64,000 bases of DNA from the IMG/VR virus record IMGVR_UViG_3300036399_001211; one strand, written 5' to 3'. Each line of letters starts with the position of its first letter. Position 1 is the first letter of the stretch. Origin of the DNA: an uncultured virus (IMG/VR IMGVR_UViG_3300036399_001211) (lineage: Duplodnaviria > Heunggongvirae > Uroviricota > Caudoviricetes). The notes under the pieces were generated by a model, which did not search any database, had not been told where the DNA came from, and saw only the letters and a program-made list of their open reading frames with translations. The position numbers were made by a program, and so were the translations under genes. Of the stretch, positions 37,250 through 48,100 are shown one piece after another.

Positions 37250-40200
37250 TTAAAGATTTGGATAGTAAGCTTCCCATCCATCTGAATATAATCCCCATTT
37301 TATAAATGCTTGCTCTGGAAACAGTATAGCTCTATCATTTCTTACGTTAAACGAAGGGAAAACGTTATAGGTTGATGCTAATGTATGAGATATTTCGGGT
37401 TCACCGTTTATACTAAAATATACGATATCATTCCAAAATCTAATCGAAACTTTATAATAGCTTGTTCCTGATGATATAGTAGAAGGATATACAGTAATAT
37501 TCGATTCTGCGTTAGCACCAGTTACAAAAAATTCATATTTTCCATCGGCTCTTCCATCAGCACCAGCACAAACAAAAATTGGATAATCCGCTGTTTCGGT
37601 TGACCATACTGGATAACCTCCCGCCTCACATATCCAAGTAGTTGTACCACTTACTACGGTGTTTCCTACAATAGTAGGCCATGTTGGTTGCGCTCCTGAT
37701 GTTCCGGCTACGGTACATCTATATCTAAATCCTCCTGATGTAACAACCGTTGGTCTTACTGTAGCGTTTACAGCGTATACTGTACTTGCAGCAAATACAG
37801 CTATATTAGTGTCAGCTACCAAATTTCCTATGGTGGTAGGCCATGTTGGTTGAACTGTTCCAGAAGTAGTTGTTCCGGTAACTACATTTCTATATTTATA
37901 AGCATTAGTTACTGTGGGTCTAACGTAAAAATTATTTGCGTATGACGTAGAAACAGCCCAAGCAGCGGGTGTAGATGTTACAGTAGTTCCTAATATAGTT
38001 GGCCATGTTGGTTCTGGATATGTGGCATATGTAGCTCCTGCTGTTGTAGTAATATATTTAAATCCATTTGCTGTGGTCGGTCTTATATTATTTCCGATTA
38101 CATATGAAGTTGGACTAGACCATGCTGCACTAGATCTGGGTATGTATCTAACACCAAAAGAATTAGGAGCCGTAATTTTATTAAACTGGAAGCTATCGTT
38201 TCCGTATTGTAATGACCATGCAACATCACTATCAAACTGTTTTACCAATCCAGCCGTTCTGGTAGTAATATCGCTATGTGTTAATAAACCTTGTCCACCA
38301 AATATTGGTGAATTTGATAGATATACACTTCCTACTATTAATGACGGTGTTATAGTACTTTGTGGTGCTCTTAAAAAAACTGATCCTGCCATTGGTATAT
38401 TAGATGTAGTAATAGAATTTTGTATCTGTACACCCACCCCTGCAATATTCCATCCTAATTGACCTATAGTTCCTGAAGTAGTACCGCCAGTTCCAAATTC
38501 TTCTCTTAATGAAACATAATTAAAATCTAATGGATCAAACCATTTATTATTAATTTTTCCGGTTGTGCTGATATTTCCGACTATGGTTAATTTTTCATTC
38601 GGATTGGTTGTTCCTATACCAACATTACCGCTATTATTTATAGTAAGTCTTGTATTTGTTTGAAGATTATTATAATAATTTGCTATCTTAAATTTATTAG
38701 AATCTGTGCCGTCTTGTCCAAATGACCATCCCGAATCACCCTCTTTATCGGTTGAATATATAAATTGAACAGCTTGATCTGATGATATATGTATTCTAGG
38801 GAACTGCGAATCACGCACATGTAATTTAACTAATGGATTAGTTGTGCCTATACCAACATCTTTTGATGGTGTTATTCGCATTGCTTCTTGTTCAGTTCCG
38901 ACCAAAAATTGTATATCTGCTCCAATATGGTTAGTTGCTAATTTTAAATCAAGGTTATCATGATTCCAACTTAAATAAGAGCCATAAGGATTTGTAGGAC
39001 CGCCCATTACTACACCAGCATATTTTGAATTTGGTGCTAGTATAGAAACGTAACAATTGCTATCACTTTCAAATATACCCACACTGCTAGTAGCCGCTGT
39101 TACAGATCCAGAAGAACCTCTCTTAACGTGTAACGCTCCTTCTGGTGCAGTTTCTCCTATACCAACTCTACCAAAAGCATCAACTCTTAGTTTTTCAGAT
39201 CCATTTGTGGATATTGCTACGCTATCATTTACTGGTGAGAATATACCAGCATCAGAATCTGTTTGAAATCTTATGGCTGGTTGCGATTCTGACCCACTAT
39301 TGATGTTTAATCTATCTAAATAAACTTGTTGGGTTGAACTAATCCCACCATAAACTGTTAATTGTTGTGGAAAATTTTCAATAGTTGTTTGGGAATTTGT
39401 TCCTATACCTACTCTACCGTCAGTTCCTATAACTAATCTATTATACGGTACACCAGAATCTGTTTGTCTAAAAACAAAAGGTTCTGCCGCATTATCAATT
39501 GTTTCGAAAATTAATCTACAATTTGAATCATTAATATACTGAAAATATATTAATGCTGCATCGTTAATTATAGGATTTCTTCCATATTCACTAAAAATAA
39601 TTTGTTTGGAATCATTTATAAAAATATTTCCATTGGTACTAATATTACCATTAACCGTTAAAGCTTCTTTGGCATCTTGGGTTAAAATACCTACTTGTCC
39701 GGTTGTTTTTATAGTAATAGCTTCGGTTAATGCGGTTTGAAAATGAAAAGCATTATTTGTTGAAGTAGAATTATTATATATATTTTTTAAATATGTATCT
39801 CCAAATTGATTATTATATTGTATATAAAACCCCTCATTATTAATACCCGTATTACCATCAAGTCTTAATATTGGATGGTAAGCATCAGTTAAAGATTGTA
39901 TTCTAACTTCAGGAGTTTGATTACTTTCTACTATGTGTAAATTTGCTTCTGGTGTATATGTTCCTAATCCTACTCTACCGTCATCAGCAAAAACTATATC
40001 ATCACCATTAGAATCTATAAAATGTGCTATTGGCTGTACGCCCTCTTGAGTTACCGATAAAGCGGGTCCGGTTCCTTTATTTATAATATTAACCGCACTT
40101 GAAATTTCCACAAAAGTATCAAGTCTAGTAATAGTACCTAAAGTAGAAAGATTTCCGGTGATTGTGACATTACCATCAAATGTACTATTTCCGATTAAAT

Positions 40201-41797
40201 CTAATGCCATGGATGGATTATTATTGTTCACACCCACTCTACCATGTAAAATATTTTTACCGAATGCTGTAGATAGTGGTGTATTTAAGCTATATGATTC
40301 TATTCCTATAATAGAACCGTTAGCAGATATAGCCCTAACAGGCGAAACAACTTCTAGACCTATATTTCTTCCATAAGCAGAAATAGAAATATTATCGGAA
40401 TAAATTTCAGCACCTACAAAGTTACCATTAGCAGATATAGCTCTAACCGGAGATACTACCTCTAAGCCAATATCTCTTCCGTAAGCAGATAAAGAAATAT
40501 TATCGGAATAAATTTCAGCACCTACAAAGTTACCATTAGCCGATATAGCTCTAACAGGCGAAACTACTTCTAGACCTATGTTTCTGCCATAAGCAGAAGC
40601 AGCTATATTATTAGAAAAAACTTCTAATCCTACGAAGTTACCGTTAGCCGATATAGCTCTAACAGGTGACACGACCTCTAAGCCAATATCTCTTCCGTAA
40701 GCAGATAAAGAAATATTATCGGAATAAATTTCGGCCCCTAAAAAATTGCCATTAGCCGATATAGCTCTAACAGGTGACACGACCTCTAAGCCAATATTTC
40801 TTCCGTAAGCAGATAAAGAAATATTATCGGAATAAATTTCAGCGCCTACGAAGTTACCGTTAGCAGAGATAGCTCTAACAGGTGACACGACCTCTAAGCC
40901 AATATTTCTTCCGTAAGCAGAAGCCGCTATATTATTAGAAAAAACTTCTAATCCTACGAAGTTACCATTAGCAGATATAGCCCTAACAGGCGAAACAACT
41001 TCTAGACCTATATTTCTTCCATAAGCAGAGGCCGCTATATTATTAGAAAAAACTTCTAATCCTACGAAGTTACCGTTAGCAGAGATAGCCCTAACGGGTG
41101 AAACCACCTCTAAACCAATATCTCTACCGTAAGCAGACGCAGCTATGTTGTTAGAAAAAACTTCTAATCCTAAAAAATTGCCATTAGCAGAGATAGCTCT
41201 AACCGGAGATGCTACTTCTAACCCAATGTTTCTACCATAGGCAGAAGCGGCTATATTATTGGAAAATATTTCAGCCCCTACAAAGTTACCATTAGCAGAG
41301 ATAGCTCTAACAGGGGAAACAACTTCTAACCCTATGTTTCTACCGAAAGAAGATATAGAAATATTATCAGAATATATATCAGCGCCTAAAAATCTACCTT
41401 TAGCCGAAATAGCTCTAATAAAAGAATTAACATCGAGTCCTATAAATCCAGCATTAGCAGAAATAGCTCTAACCGGAGAAGCAAAACTTGATCCTAGTAA
41501 CCAAGAATAAGAAGACAACCCTAAAAATTCAGAAAAAACCTGAATACCGTCATTAGTTCCTTGTATAAAAAGTCCTTCTTTGCCTCCTATAGCACAAATG
41601 GAGGTATTATTAGAATAAAAATGTCCTGCGTATGAACTTAAAGGTGCTACAGCACTCAAAGATCCGGATAAAATGAATTCACCCAAAAAAGGTTCATTTA
41701 CACTGGCGATAGGATCGTGTCCAGCGTCAGGTATATTTATATTTGTATATGTATGATGGTTTCTTCTATGGTATTTGGAATGATATCTGTTGCTCAT
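37250..41797 (-). CDS. long tail fibre/adhesin: beta-helix repeats, G.VGIGT..P repeats, C-terminal lectin-like region with CBM-like modules
   Basis: Repeats visible in translation. Confidence 0.85.
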   Translation of the reverse strand: MSNRYHSKYHRRNHHTYTNINIPDAGHDPIASVNEPFLGEFILSGSLSAVAPLSSYAGHFYSNNTSICAIGGKEGLFIQGTNDGIQVFSEFLGLSSYSWLLGSSFASPVRAISANAGFIGLDVNSFIRAISAKGRFLGADIYSDNISISSFGRNIGLEVVSPVRAISANGNFVGAEIFSNNIAASAYGRNIGLEVASPVRAISANGNFLGLEVFSNNIAASAYGRDIGLEVVSPVRAISANGNFVGLEVFSNNIAASAYGRNIGLEVVSPVRAISANGNFVGLEVFSNNIAASAYGRNIGLEVVSPVRAISANGNFVGAEIYSDNISLSAYGRNIGLEVVSPVRAISANGNFLGAEIYSDNISLSAYGRDIGLEVVSPVRAISANGNFVGLEVFSNNIAASAYGRNIGLEVVSPVRAISANGNFVGAEIYSDNISLSAYGRDIGLEVVSPVRAISANGNFVGAEIYSDNISISAYGRNIGLEVVSPVRAISANGSIIGIESYSLNTPLSTAFGKNILHGRVGVNNNNPSMALDLIGNSTFDGNVTITGNLSTLGTITRLDTFVEISSAVNIINKGTGPALSVTQEGVQPIAHFIDSNGDDIVFADDGRVGLGTYTPEANLHIVESNQTPEVRIQSLTDAYHPILRLDGNTGINNEGFYIQYNNQFGDTYLKNIYNNSTSTNNAFHFQTALTEAITIKTTGQVGILTQDAKEALTVNGNISTNGNIFINDSKQIIFSEYGRNPIINDAALIYFQYINDSNCRLIFETIDNAAEPFVFRQTDSGVPYNRLVIGTDGRVGIGTNSQTTIENFPQQLTVYGGISSTQQVYLDRLNINSGSESQPAIRFQTDSDAGIFSPVNDSVAISTNGSEKLRVDAFGRVGIGETAPEGALHVKRGSSGSVTAATSSVGIFESDSNCYVSILAPNSKYAGVVMGGPTNPYGSYLSWNHDNLDLKLATNHIGADIQFLVGTEQEAMRITPSKDVGIGTTNPLVKLHVRDSQFPRIHISSDQAVQFIYSTDKEGDSGWSFGQDGTDSNKFKIANYYNNLQTNTRLTINNSGNVGIGTTNPNEKLTIVGNISTTGKINNKWFDPLDFNYVSLREEFGTGGTTSGTIGQLGWNIAGVGVQIQNSITTSNIPMAGSVFLRAPQSTITPSLIVGSVYLSNSPIFGGQGLLTHSDITTRTAGLVKQFDSDVAWSLQYGNDSFQFNKITAPNSFGVRYIPRSSAAWSSPTSYVIGNNIRPTTANGFKYITTTAGATYATYPEPTWPTILGTTVTSTPAAWAVSTSYANNFYVRPTVTNAYKYRNVVTGTTTSGTVQPTWPTTIGNLVADTNIAVFAASTVYAVNATVRPTVVTSGGFRYRCTVAGTSGAQPTWPTIVGNTVVSGTTTWICEAGGYPVWSTETADYPIFVCAGADGRADGKYEFFVTGANAESNITVYPSTISSGTSYYKVSIRFWNDIVYFSINGEPEISHTLASTYNVFPSFNVRNDRAILFPEQAFIKWGLYSDGWEAYYPNL
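40315..41480 (-). repeat. 108-nt (36-aa, two 18-aa halves) coding tandem repeat, about 10 units
   Basis: AYGRNIGLEVVSPVRAIS / ANGNFVGLEVFSNNIAAS alternating. Confidence 0.92.
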
Positions 41798-41899
41798 ATG
41801 TTCTCAAGTCTCATCAAAAATGTGTTCTCCGATTTTTTATCGTGAATACTATTATTGAACAGAAATACTTATTTATTTCTTTATTATTAATTTATTTTT

Positions 41900-44800
41900 T
41901 TATTTATTTTTTATACCGGAAATTCTAACAAATCCTTTTGCGCCATTTCCTCCTGACCATGACAATGGACTTGATCTATCATTGAATCCGGCCCCGCCAC
42001 CGCCACCACCATAGCCGTTTCCGTTTGAACCGGTTCCTTTATTACCGCCGCCGCCTCCTGAACCGTGCGGATTACTTCCGCCAGATCCTCCGTTCCCACT
42101 AGAAGTATCCTTTTTTCCCTCGTCTCCTTGATTTCCATTTCCACCATTTGGGCTTCCGCCGCCACCACCACTGCCACGTCCGCCGCTAGGTCCTGCGCCA
42201 CCACCGCCGCCACCGTTGGCTTTAACGCTTCCTACTTGTGAATGTCCTCCACTTTGTCCTCCATTTTTAGTACCTCTTCCTGATGCTTGTCCGCCTTGAC
42301 CGCCATTTCCCACGGTAACGCCTATAACCTGACCCGGCGAAACTGCAATATTAGCCGTGGTATAACCTCCTGCACCACCGCCGCCACCACCGCCGCCGTC
42401 TCCAACTTCTTGTCCTGTCCCTCCACCGCCGCCGCCAGCGATTATGAGAGCGGTAATAGTTGTACATCCTGCTGGAACAGTGAAGGATCCGCTATCGCTA
42501 TAATCTACACTGAATGATACTTTAGGTATAGGCGTGGGGGTAGGTGTTCTGGTTGCTGTAGGAGTAGGTGTAATAGTAGGAGTAGGTGTATTTGTGGGTG
42601 TAGGTGTGGAAGTAGGAGTATTAGTAGGAACAGGCGTTGTTGTTGCTGTTGATGTAGCAGTAGGAGTAAGTGTGGGTGTAGGAGTAGGAGTTCTGGTTGC
42701 TGTAGGAGTAGGAGTATTTGTAGGAGTTCTGGTTGGGGTTGGAGTAAAGGTGTTTGTGGGTGTGTTTGTGGGGGTTCCGGTTGGTGTTCTTGTCGGAGTA
42801 GCTGTGGGGGTTCCGGTTGGTGTAGGTGTAGATGTGGGTGTTCTGGTTGGTGTAGGTGTAGGTGTTCTGGTTGGTGTAGGTGTAGGTGTATTTGTAGGTG
42901 TAGGTGTGTTTGTAGGCGTAGGAGTAGGCGTAGGCGTAGGAGTTGGAGTAGATGTTGGTCTTGGTGTTACTATAAATGTTGGTGATGGTATATTAATAGG
43001 TTCGTCTATTAAATCTAATATTTTATTAGCTTTACCTAAACAACATTTTGAATAAGCATTTTCCCAGTTTTTTGTAGGAGCATAGACTACCGGAAAATTT
43101 GCCTTTAATTCTTTATATGTAATTGGATTTATATTACAAATTTTAATTGCTGGTAAACTAAGATTATAAGATGACATCGCTTTCCATGCCCAACAAAACG
43201 GACTATCGCAAGTTTCTCTTTGAATTCTAACAACATCTTCGGTTCTTATACTTAAAAAATTATTTAAGGTGTTTAGTGCGTCATAAAGTTTTTTAAATTC
43301 TCTATTAAATACTTGAGGTATATGCAATTCATTGATACCAACTTTAATATTTTCGTTTTCGATATCAACGTCAAAATAAGGAAGCTCTGATTGCGATATA
43401 GGTTGTTTTGTATAAAAAGTTATTAAATTTTCTCTTACATATTCGGTGGTTATAATAAATCTAGAATCTAAATAATCTCTATATTTTTTAATATTTTGAC
43501 ATATTCGCAATAAAGATCTATTATAATTTAAATCTGATGCAAATTCATCAGAATGTAATAATAAATCTTGTTTTCTCCAATATGATTTTGCAAGACCTTC
43601 ACCTATACCATAATATTTTACGATTTCATTTATTTTTAAAATAAAGGTATCCGATGCTAATAAAAGAGAACGATTTTTTGCTTTTCTTATGTTGTAAAAA
43701 TTATATCCATTTTCAAAAGAATTTAAATATATTCCGGTAGCAGTAAATTTATAAATAGTAGAATCATTTATTAAAATATAAAAAAATTCACCCATTTCAT
43801 CAAATATTATTTTAGTGTTATCAAAAAAATCTAAAATTTTAGATAAATCAATATTATATAAATATGTTTGAGAATCATTATCTATTATATATAGGTTTTT
43901 ATCGGAAGCTACTAAATATATAAATCCGGTGGTTGGATGTATGTCAAAATGTAACCAGTTTACGTCCTTTAAATCGGAAATATCAATAGTTTTAAGCCAC
44001 ATTAAATATTGATTATATTTTTTAATACATTTATTGTTATAATCTAATACATAAACGTTTTTGTCATAATATTTAACGTGTGATGGGCTGTCAAATTTAG
44101 AAATGTCTTTTTTGTATCCAAATCCACCTACATCCACAGTATTATATATATAAGATAATCCACTAGAAATGTCCAGATAAATTTTATATACTCTATTTGT
44201 TATATTATCAGCAGCAAAAAGATATTTTCCGGTGTCGTCTATATCTATGGATACAATATTTTTAAAATCCGTATAAAATTCATTTTCGTTTACAAAATCA
44301 ATAATTTTTGGAATCTTTCCGGCAGATAAATATATTATTTTTGTATCATCTAAAACTATTAAATCATCATTTATTTCTACTATATCCTTTATATTACTGA
44401 ATTTTTTAATATTTTGGGTATTTTCGTAAATCGGTACGGTCGTATTTATATTATTAAAAAATTCGGAGTTGTAATTTGATGTGTGCCATCTTATTCCTTC
44501 GGTTAAATCGTCTATACCATTACCTAACCAGCCATATATATCATAAGGAAAATCTATCTTTAATGTTCTTGAATTGTATATTAAATATTGTAAATTTTCG
44601 TGTAATCTTGTAATTGCGGTATTAAAAATATCGACATTTCCAAATTCATTTGGTTGTATTTCTATTTGATCTAGAGTATATGGTAAGGTTAATTCGGTTT
44701 CATCCAATAAACGAATATCATCTTGATTGTAAGAGGGCCATTCATTAAAAACTTGAATCGGTTTATTTAAATATAATAACCCTGTTGTTTTACCGCTTTC

Positions 44801-45061
44801 ATATAATGCGCTATAGGTTATAGTAAAAGTTCCTTCGTTTTCGTATTTATGATAAATTCTATCATTAATATTAGATATTTCGGTAGTATCATCACCGAAA
44901 TCTATAAAAATAGTTTTTAAATTGTCATTGAAGCTATTATCTATAAACCCAAATTCAAAAAATATATCATCATTTGTTTTAGAAAAATAAGAAGATATAA
45001 AAATCTCTAATTCATCTGATAAACCATATGTTTTAATTTCTTGAAAATAACCATTTGCCAT
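41900..45061 (-). CDS. virion protein: PKD-like, NHL/beta-propeller, ~150-aa PT tract, Gly-rich C-terminal domain
   Basis: IDFGDD; FDSPS...[14 protein letters not shown]...GGGGGG...GFVRI. Confidence 0.8.
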   Translation of the reverse strand: MANGYFQEIKTYGLSDELEIFISSYFSKTNDDIFFEFGFIDNSFNDNLKTIFIDFGDDTTEISNINDRIYHKYENEGTFTITYSALYESGKTTGLLYLNKPIQVFNEWPSYNQDDIRLLDETELTLPYTLDQIEIQPNEFGNVDIFNTAITRLHENLQYLIYNSRTLKIDFPYDIYGWLGNGIDDLTEGIRWHTSNYNSEFFNNINTTVPIYENTQNIKKFSNIKDIVEINDDLIVLDDTKIIYLSAGKIPKIIDFVNENEFYTDFKNIVSIDIDDTGKYLFAADNITNRVYKIYLDISSGLSYIYNTVDVGGFGYKKDISKFDSPSHVKYYDKNVYVLDYNNKCIKKYNQYLMWLKTIDISDLKDVNWLHFDIHPTTGFIYLVASDKNLYIIDNDSQTYLYNIDLSKILDFFDNTKIIFDEMGEFFYILINDSTIYKFTATGIYLNSFENGYNFYNIRKAKNRSLLLASDTFILKINEIVKYYGIGEGLAKSYWRKQDLLLHSDEFASDLNYNRSLLRICQNIKKYRDYLDSRFIITTEYVRENLITFYTKQPISQSELPYFDVDIENENIKVGINELHIPQVFNREFKKLYDALNTLNNFLSIRTEDVVRIQRETCDSPFCWAWKAMSSYNLSLPAIKICNINPITYKELKANFPVVYAPTKNWENAYSKCCLGKANKILDLIDEPINIPSPTFIVTPRPTSTPTPTPTPTPTPTNTPTPTNTPTPTPTRTPTPTPTRTPTSTPTPTGTPTATPTRTPTGTPTNTPTNTFTPTPTRTPTNTPTPTATRTPTPTPTLTPTATSTATTTPVPTNTPTSTPTPTNTPTPTITPTPTATRTPTPTPIPKVSFSVDYSDSGSFTVPAGCTTITALIIAGGGGGGTGQEVGDGGGGGGGGAGGYTTANIAVSPGQVIGVTVGNGGQGGQASGRGTKNGGQSGGHSQVGSVKANGGGGGGAGPSGGRGSGGGGGSPNGGNGNQGDEGKKDTSSGNGGSGGSNPHGSGGGGGNKGTGSNGNGYGGGGGGAGFNDRSSPLSWSGGNGAKGFVRISGIKNK

Positions 45062-45067
45062 ATTAAC

Positions 45068-45075
45068 TATTTATA
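45068..45075 (-). promoter_or_regulatory. T4-type late promoter TATAAATA
   Basis: Exact match 6 nt before ATG at 45061. Confidence 0.7.
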
Positions 45076-45101
45076 ATATATAAACCAAAAATACAATTTT
45101 G

Positions 45102-48100
45102 TTATATTATATTTTCTTGTATAAAAGCATCATCTAATATTTTAGCTTCTACCGTTTCATCCATTGTTTTCCATTGTTCTTTGTCTTCATATGATGGATA
45201 ATTTATAAAAGTATCAGGTAAAATAGATTTTGTTATACGAGCTTCTGCGAAAAGATATAATATGTCGGTTTTTTTATTTGATATTGTTAATGGTTCTAGT
45301 GGATTACCAACAATCAATTCAAAAATATTATATCTACCTGTTTTGGCTTCTATTTCTTTTACAGCAGTCCAGTATTTAGTTGATAATGTATATACAACCG
45401 TACTCAATCCATCTAAAAGTTTGACCGGACTTTGTTTATAATTGGGTAAAATAAATTGATCAACTACCAATATTCTTTCATTTTGTATATTAATAGAACT
45501 AAAAACAGATGAAAATGTAAAATTAAATGTATCAAAAGGTATTATTTTAGGAGATTTTGTAAAATTGTCCATATATTCGGTTACTTCGCCGTTAAAAGCT
45601 ATTGTAGTAAACACCAAATTATCCATAAAATAATCATCTAACCCCTCAAATGATGCAATTTTATAAAAAATACCATTTTCTATTGGGAAATATACGTCAT
45701 CAAATGCACTGAGAGTTATAGGTAGACCGAATTCGGATTTTAATTCAAGAGATTCTGGTATTTTTAGTAATCCTTGATTTGTTTCTAATACATCTCCGGT
45801 TGAAAATTCGTATAATTTTGCCTCTTTGTTAGCACTGACATAAAAATTGTATGTTTCGGTTTTTTTATTTCCGTATGTAACAGGTTGAACCGAGTATATA
45901 AAATTTTCTTCATTTGTAAAATTTATATATGGATTTTCAGGTGTCCAATAATATTCAGGATAGATTATAAATTTTAAAGGACTATAAAAATCTGATTCCG
46001 GTAAAGAATTTATATTTAAAATTTTTGTAAATGTATGAGGACTATCCCAAGTAGGCAGTTTTACATTATCTATTGTTAATTTTATATAATTTAAATTCCA
46101 ATTTAATGAATTGTATACTTCATACTTGTCAAATTCCGGTACGCCTGTAATTTTTTGATAAAATCCATAATCATCAAAAAATTCCCATGTAATATTCTCA
46201 TAGCTGCTTAGAAATTTAAATATTGACGTTTCTGATTTATCTATTTTAAACGTATAAACCGAAAAATCATTTAATGGTCGAGTAAAAGAAGGGCTATTTA
46301 TAGTATTATGTATAACATCATTAGGATATAAATCGTAATAGGTTTCTATGTTTAAATCATATAAATTTTTTATAGGGTAATCATCTACTATAATATCATA
46401 CTCGGTGTTGAAATTATGTTTTTCGTTGAAAGTAAATGCTTTTACCTTTACAATATTTTCGATGGGACCGTAGTTTAAATTTGGTCGTATGAAAAAGCTT
46501 AAACTGCTTAAATTTTGTATCGTATCAGTTTCTCCACAAGAATAAATTTTTCCATCATCTTTTACCGCTGTTATAGGTTGAATCTGAGAATCAACTAAGT
46601 CACCGTATTGCCATATCCAATATATAGAAAACCCATCTGGTATATCTATAAGCGTATTCGATTGCATTAAATATGCGGCTACATCAATATTTCTTATTTG
46701 TCTTAAATTATCTAATTCCATGAGAGGTGCAATTTTAAAACTGCTATCTTGAAATATATTAAATAATTCTAAATTGGTTTTTACCTCAGATTGTTGATTA
46801 TATTTTTCAGATTCTCCAGAAATTTTTATTTCATTGTTGGTATAACCGGAAATATATACGGTTGAGGTATAATTTTTATTATAAACTATATTTTCGTTTT
46901 TTTGTATATATGTTATTTCTTCGGTTTCTGGATTTTTTACATATAAAACTACGTTTTCTATGTCTGGTTCAATCAACCATTTTATATTAGTGCCTTCTAA
47001 ATCATCAGCCAAACTTAATAATTCTACTTCTATATGATTTGATTTTTCGTTTTTATTGTTTACTACGATTTTAGTAAATTCTAATGAATTATTTGTATAA
47101 TTTTGTGCTAAAACAATTTTAGTTTTATAATAAGAGTCTAAAAATCCTGAATACGTTGATAATTTAGGAACAATTTCAAAGGAAACTTCTCCAAAAGGAT
47201 TATTAGGATATTCTATATATAAAACACATCCACTCGTAGCGGGAACCCAATCCGTATTATATAAATTATACGGTATTTTATCTTCTCCATAATAACAAGA
47301 TAAAACTGACTTTAAATTATCCGATAAATTTAAAAATTCATATTTGATTAGATCTAATTCGCCATAGGTTTCTAAATCTAATATAGATAAATGATAATCG
47401 GAAAACAAATACGTTGAAAGTTTAACATATTCTGTATCATAATCTACGATTTTAGATGTTAAATCATAATTTAAACTATATCCCTCAACAAAATTATCGT
47501 ATAATCTATTATCTATATTAAAAACACTAATAGTATTATATAAAAACGAAATGTCAGTAATGTTTTCATTGTATGAACTAATGGTTATATTATATAAAGC
47601 ATTAATTTTTACATCAAATGTACTAATTTTATTATAATATGTTGTAGGGCTTGCTTCTTGAAAAACAAAAGAACTGAGAATGTTTTTATATGTAACTCCG
47701 TCTAGATAGGCTCCTGTTGATTTAAACTCATTTAAAAAATCTATTTTAGCCGTGGTTTCAGCATAGATTGAATATATACCACCAAAAGAATTTGCACTTG
47801 CGGTTAATTCGTAATAATCCGATCCTATAGCTGTTTTTTGATCTACGCATACCCAATCACCGCTTAAAAGTATACCGGTCGTGATATATTCACCGATATG
47901 GTTTAATGGGTATAATGATTCAGCAATTTGAGAATATGGTTCTCCTAAATCATATATAGCACTTGTTAATGTTTGTACATCTGATGCTGTAACCGTAATA
48001 CTATTGTTTAAAACGTGTGATACATTATTATATGTACTAATTTCTTGTACAAATGTATCATTATAAAATTCTACAGATTTATTATATATTCCGGTCGCTC

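Noticed and set aside
14142..45061. Diversity-generating retroelement acting on fibre genes
   Set aside because: No reverse transcriptase and no template/variable repeat pair differing only at adenines found by eye
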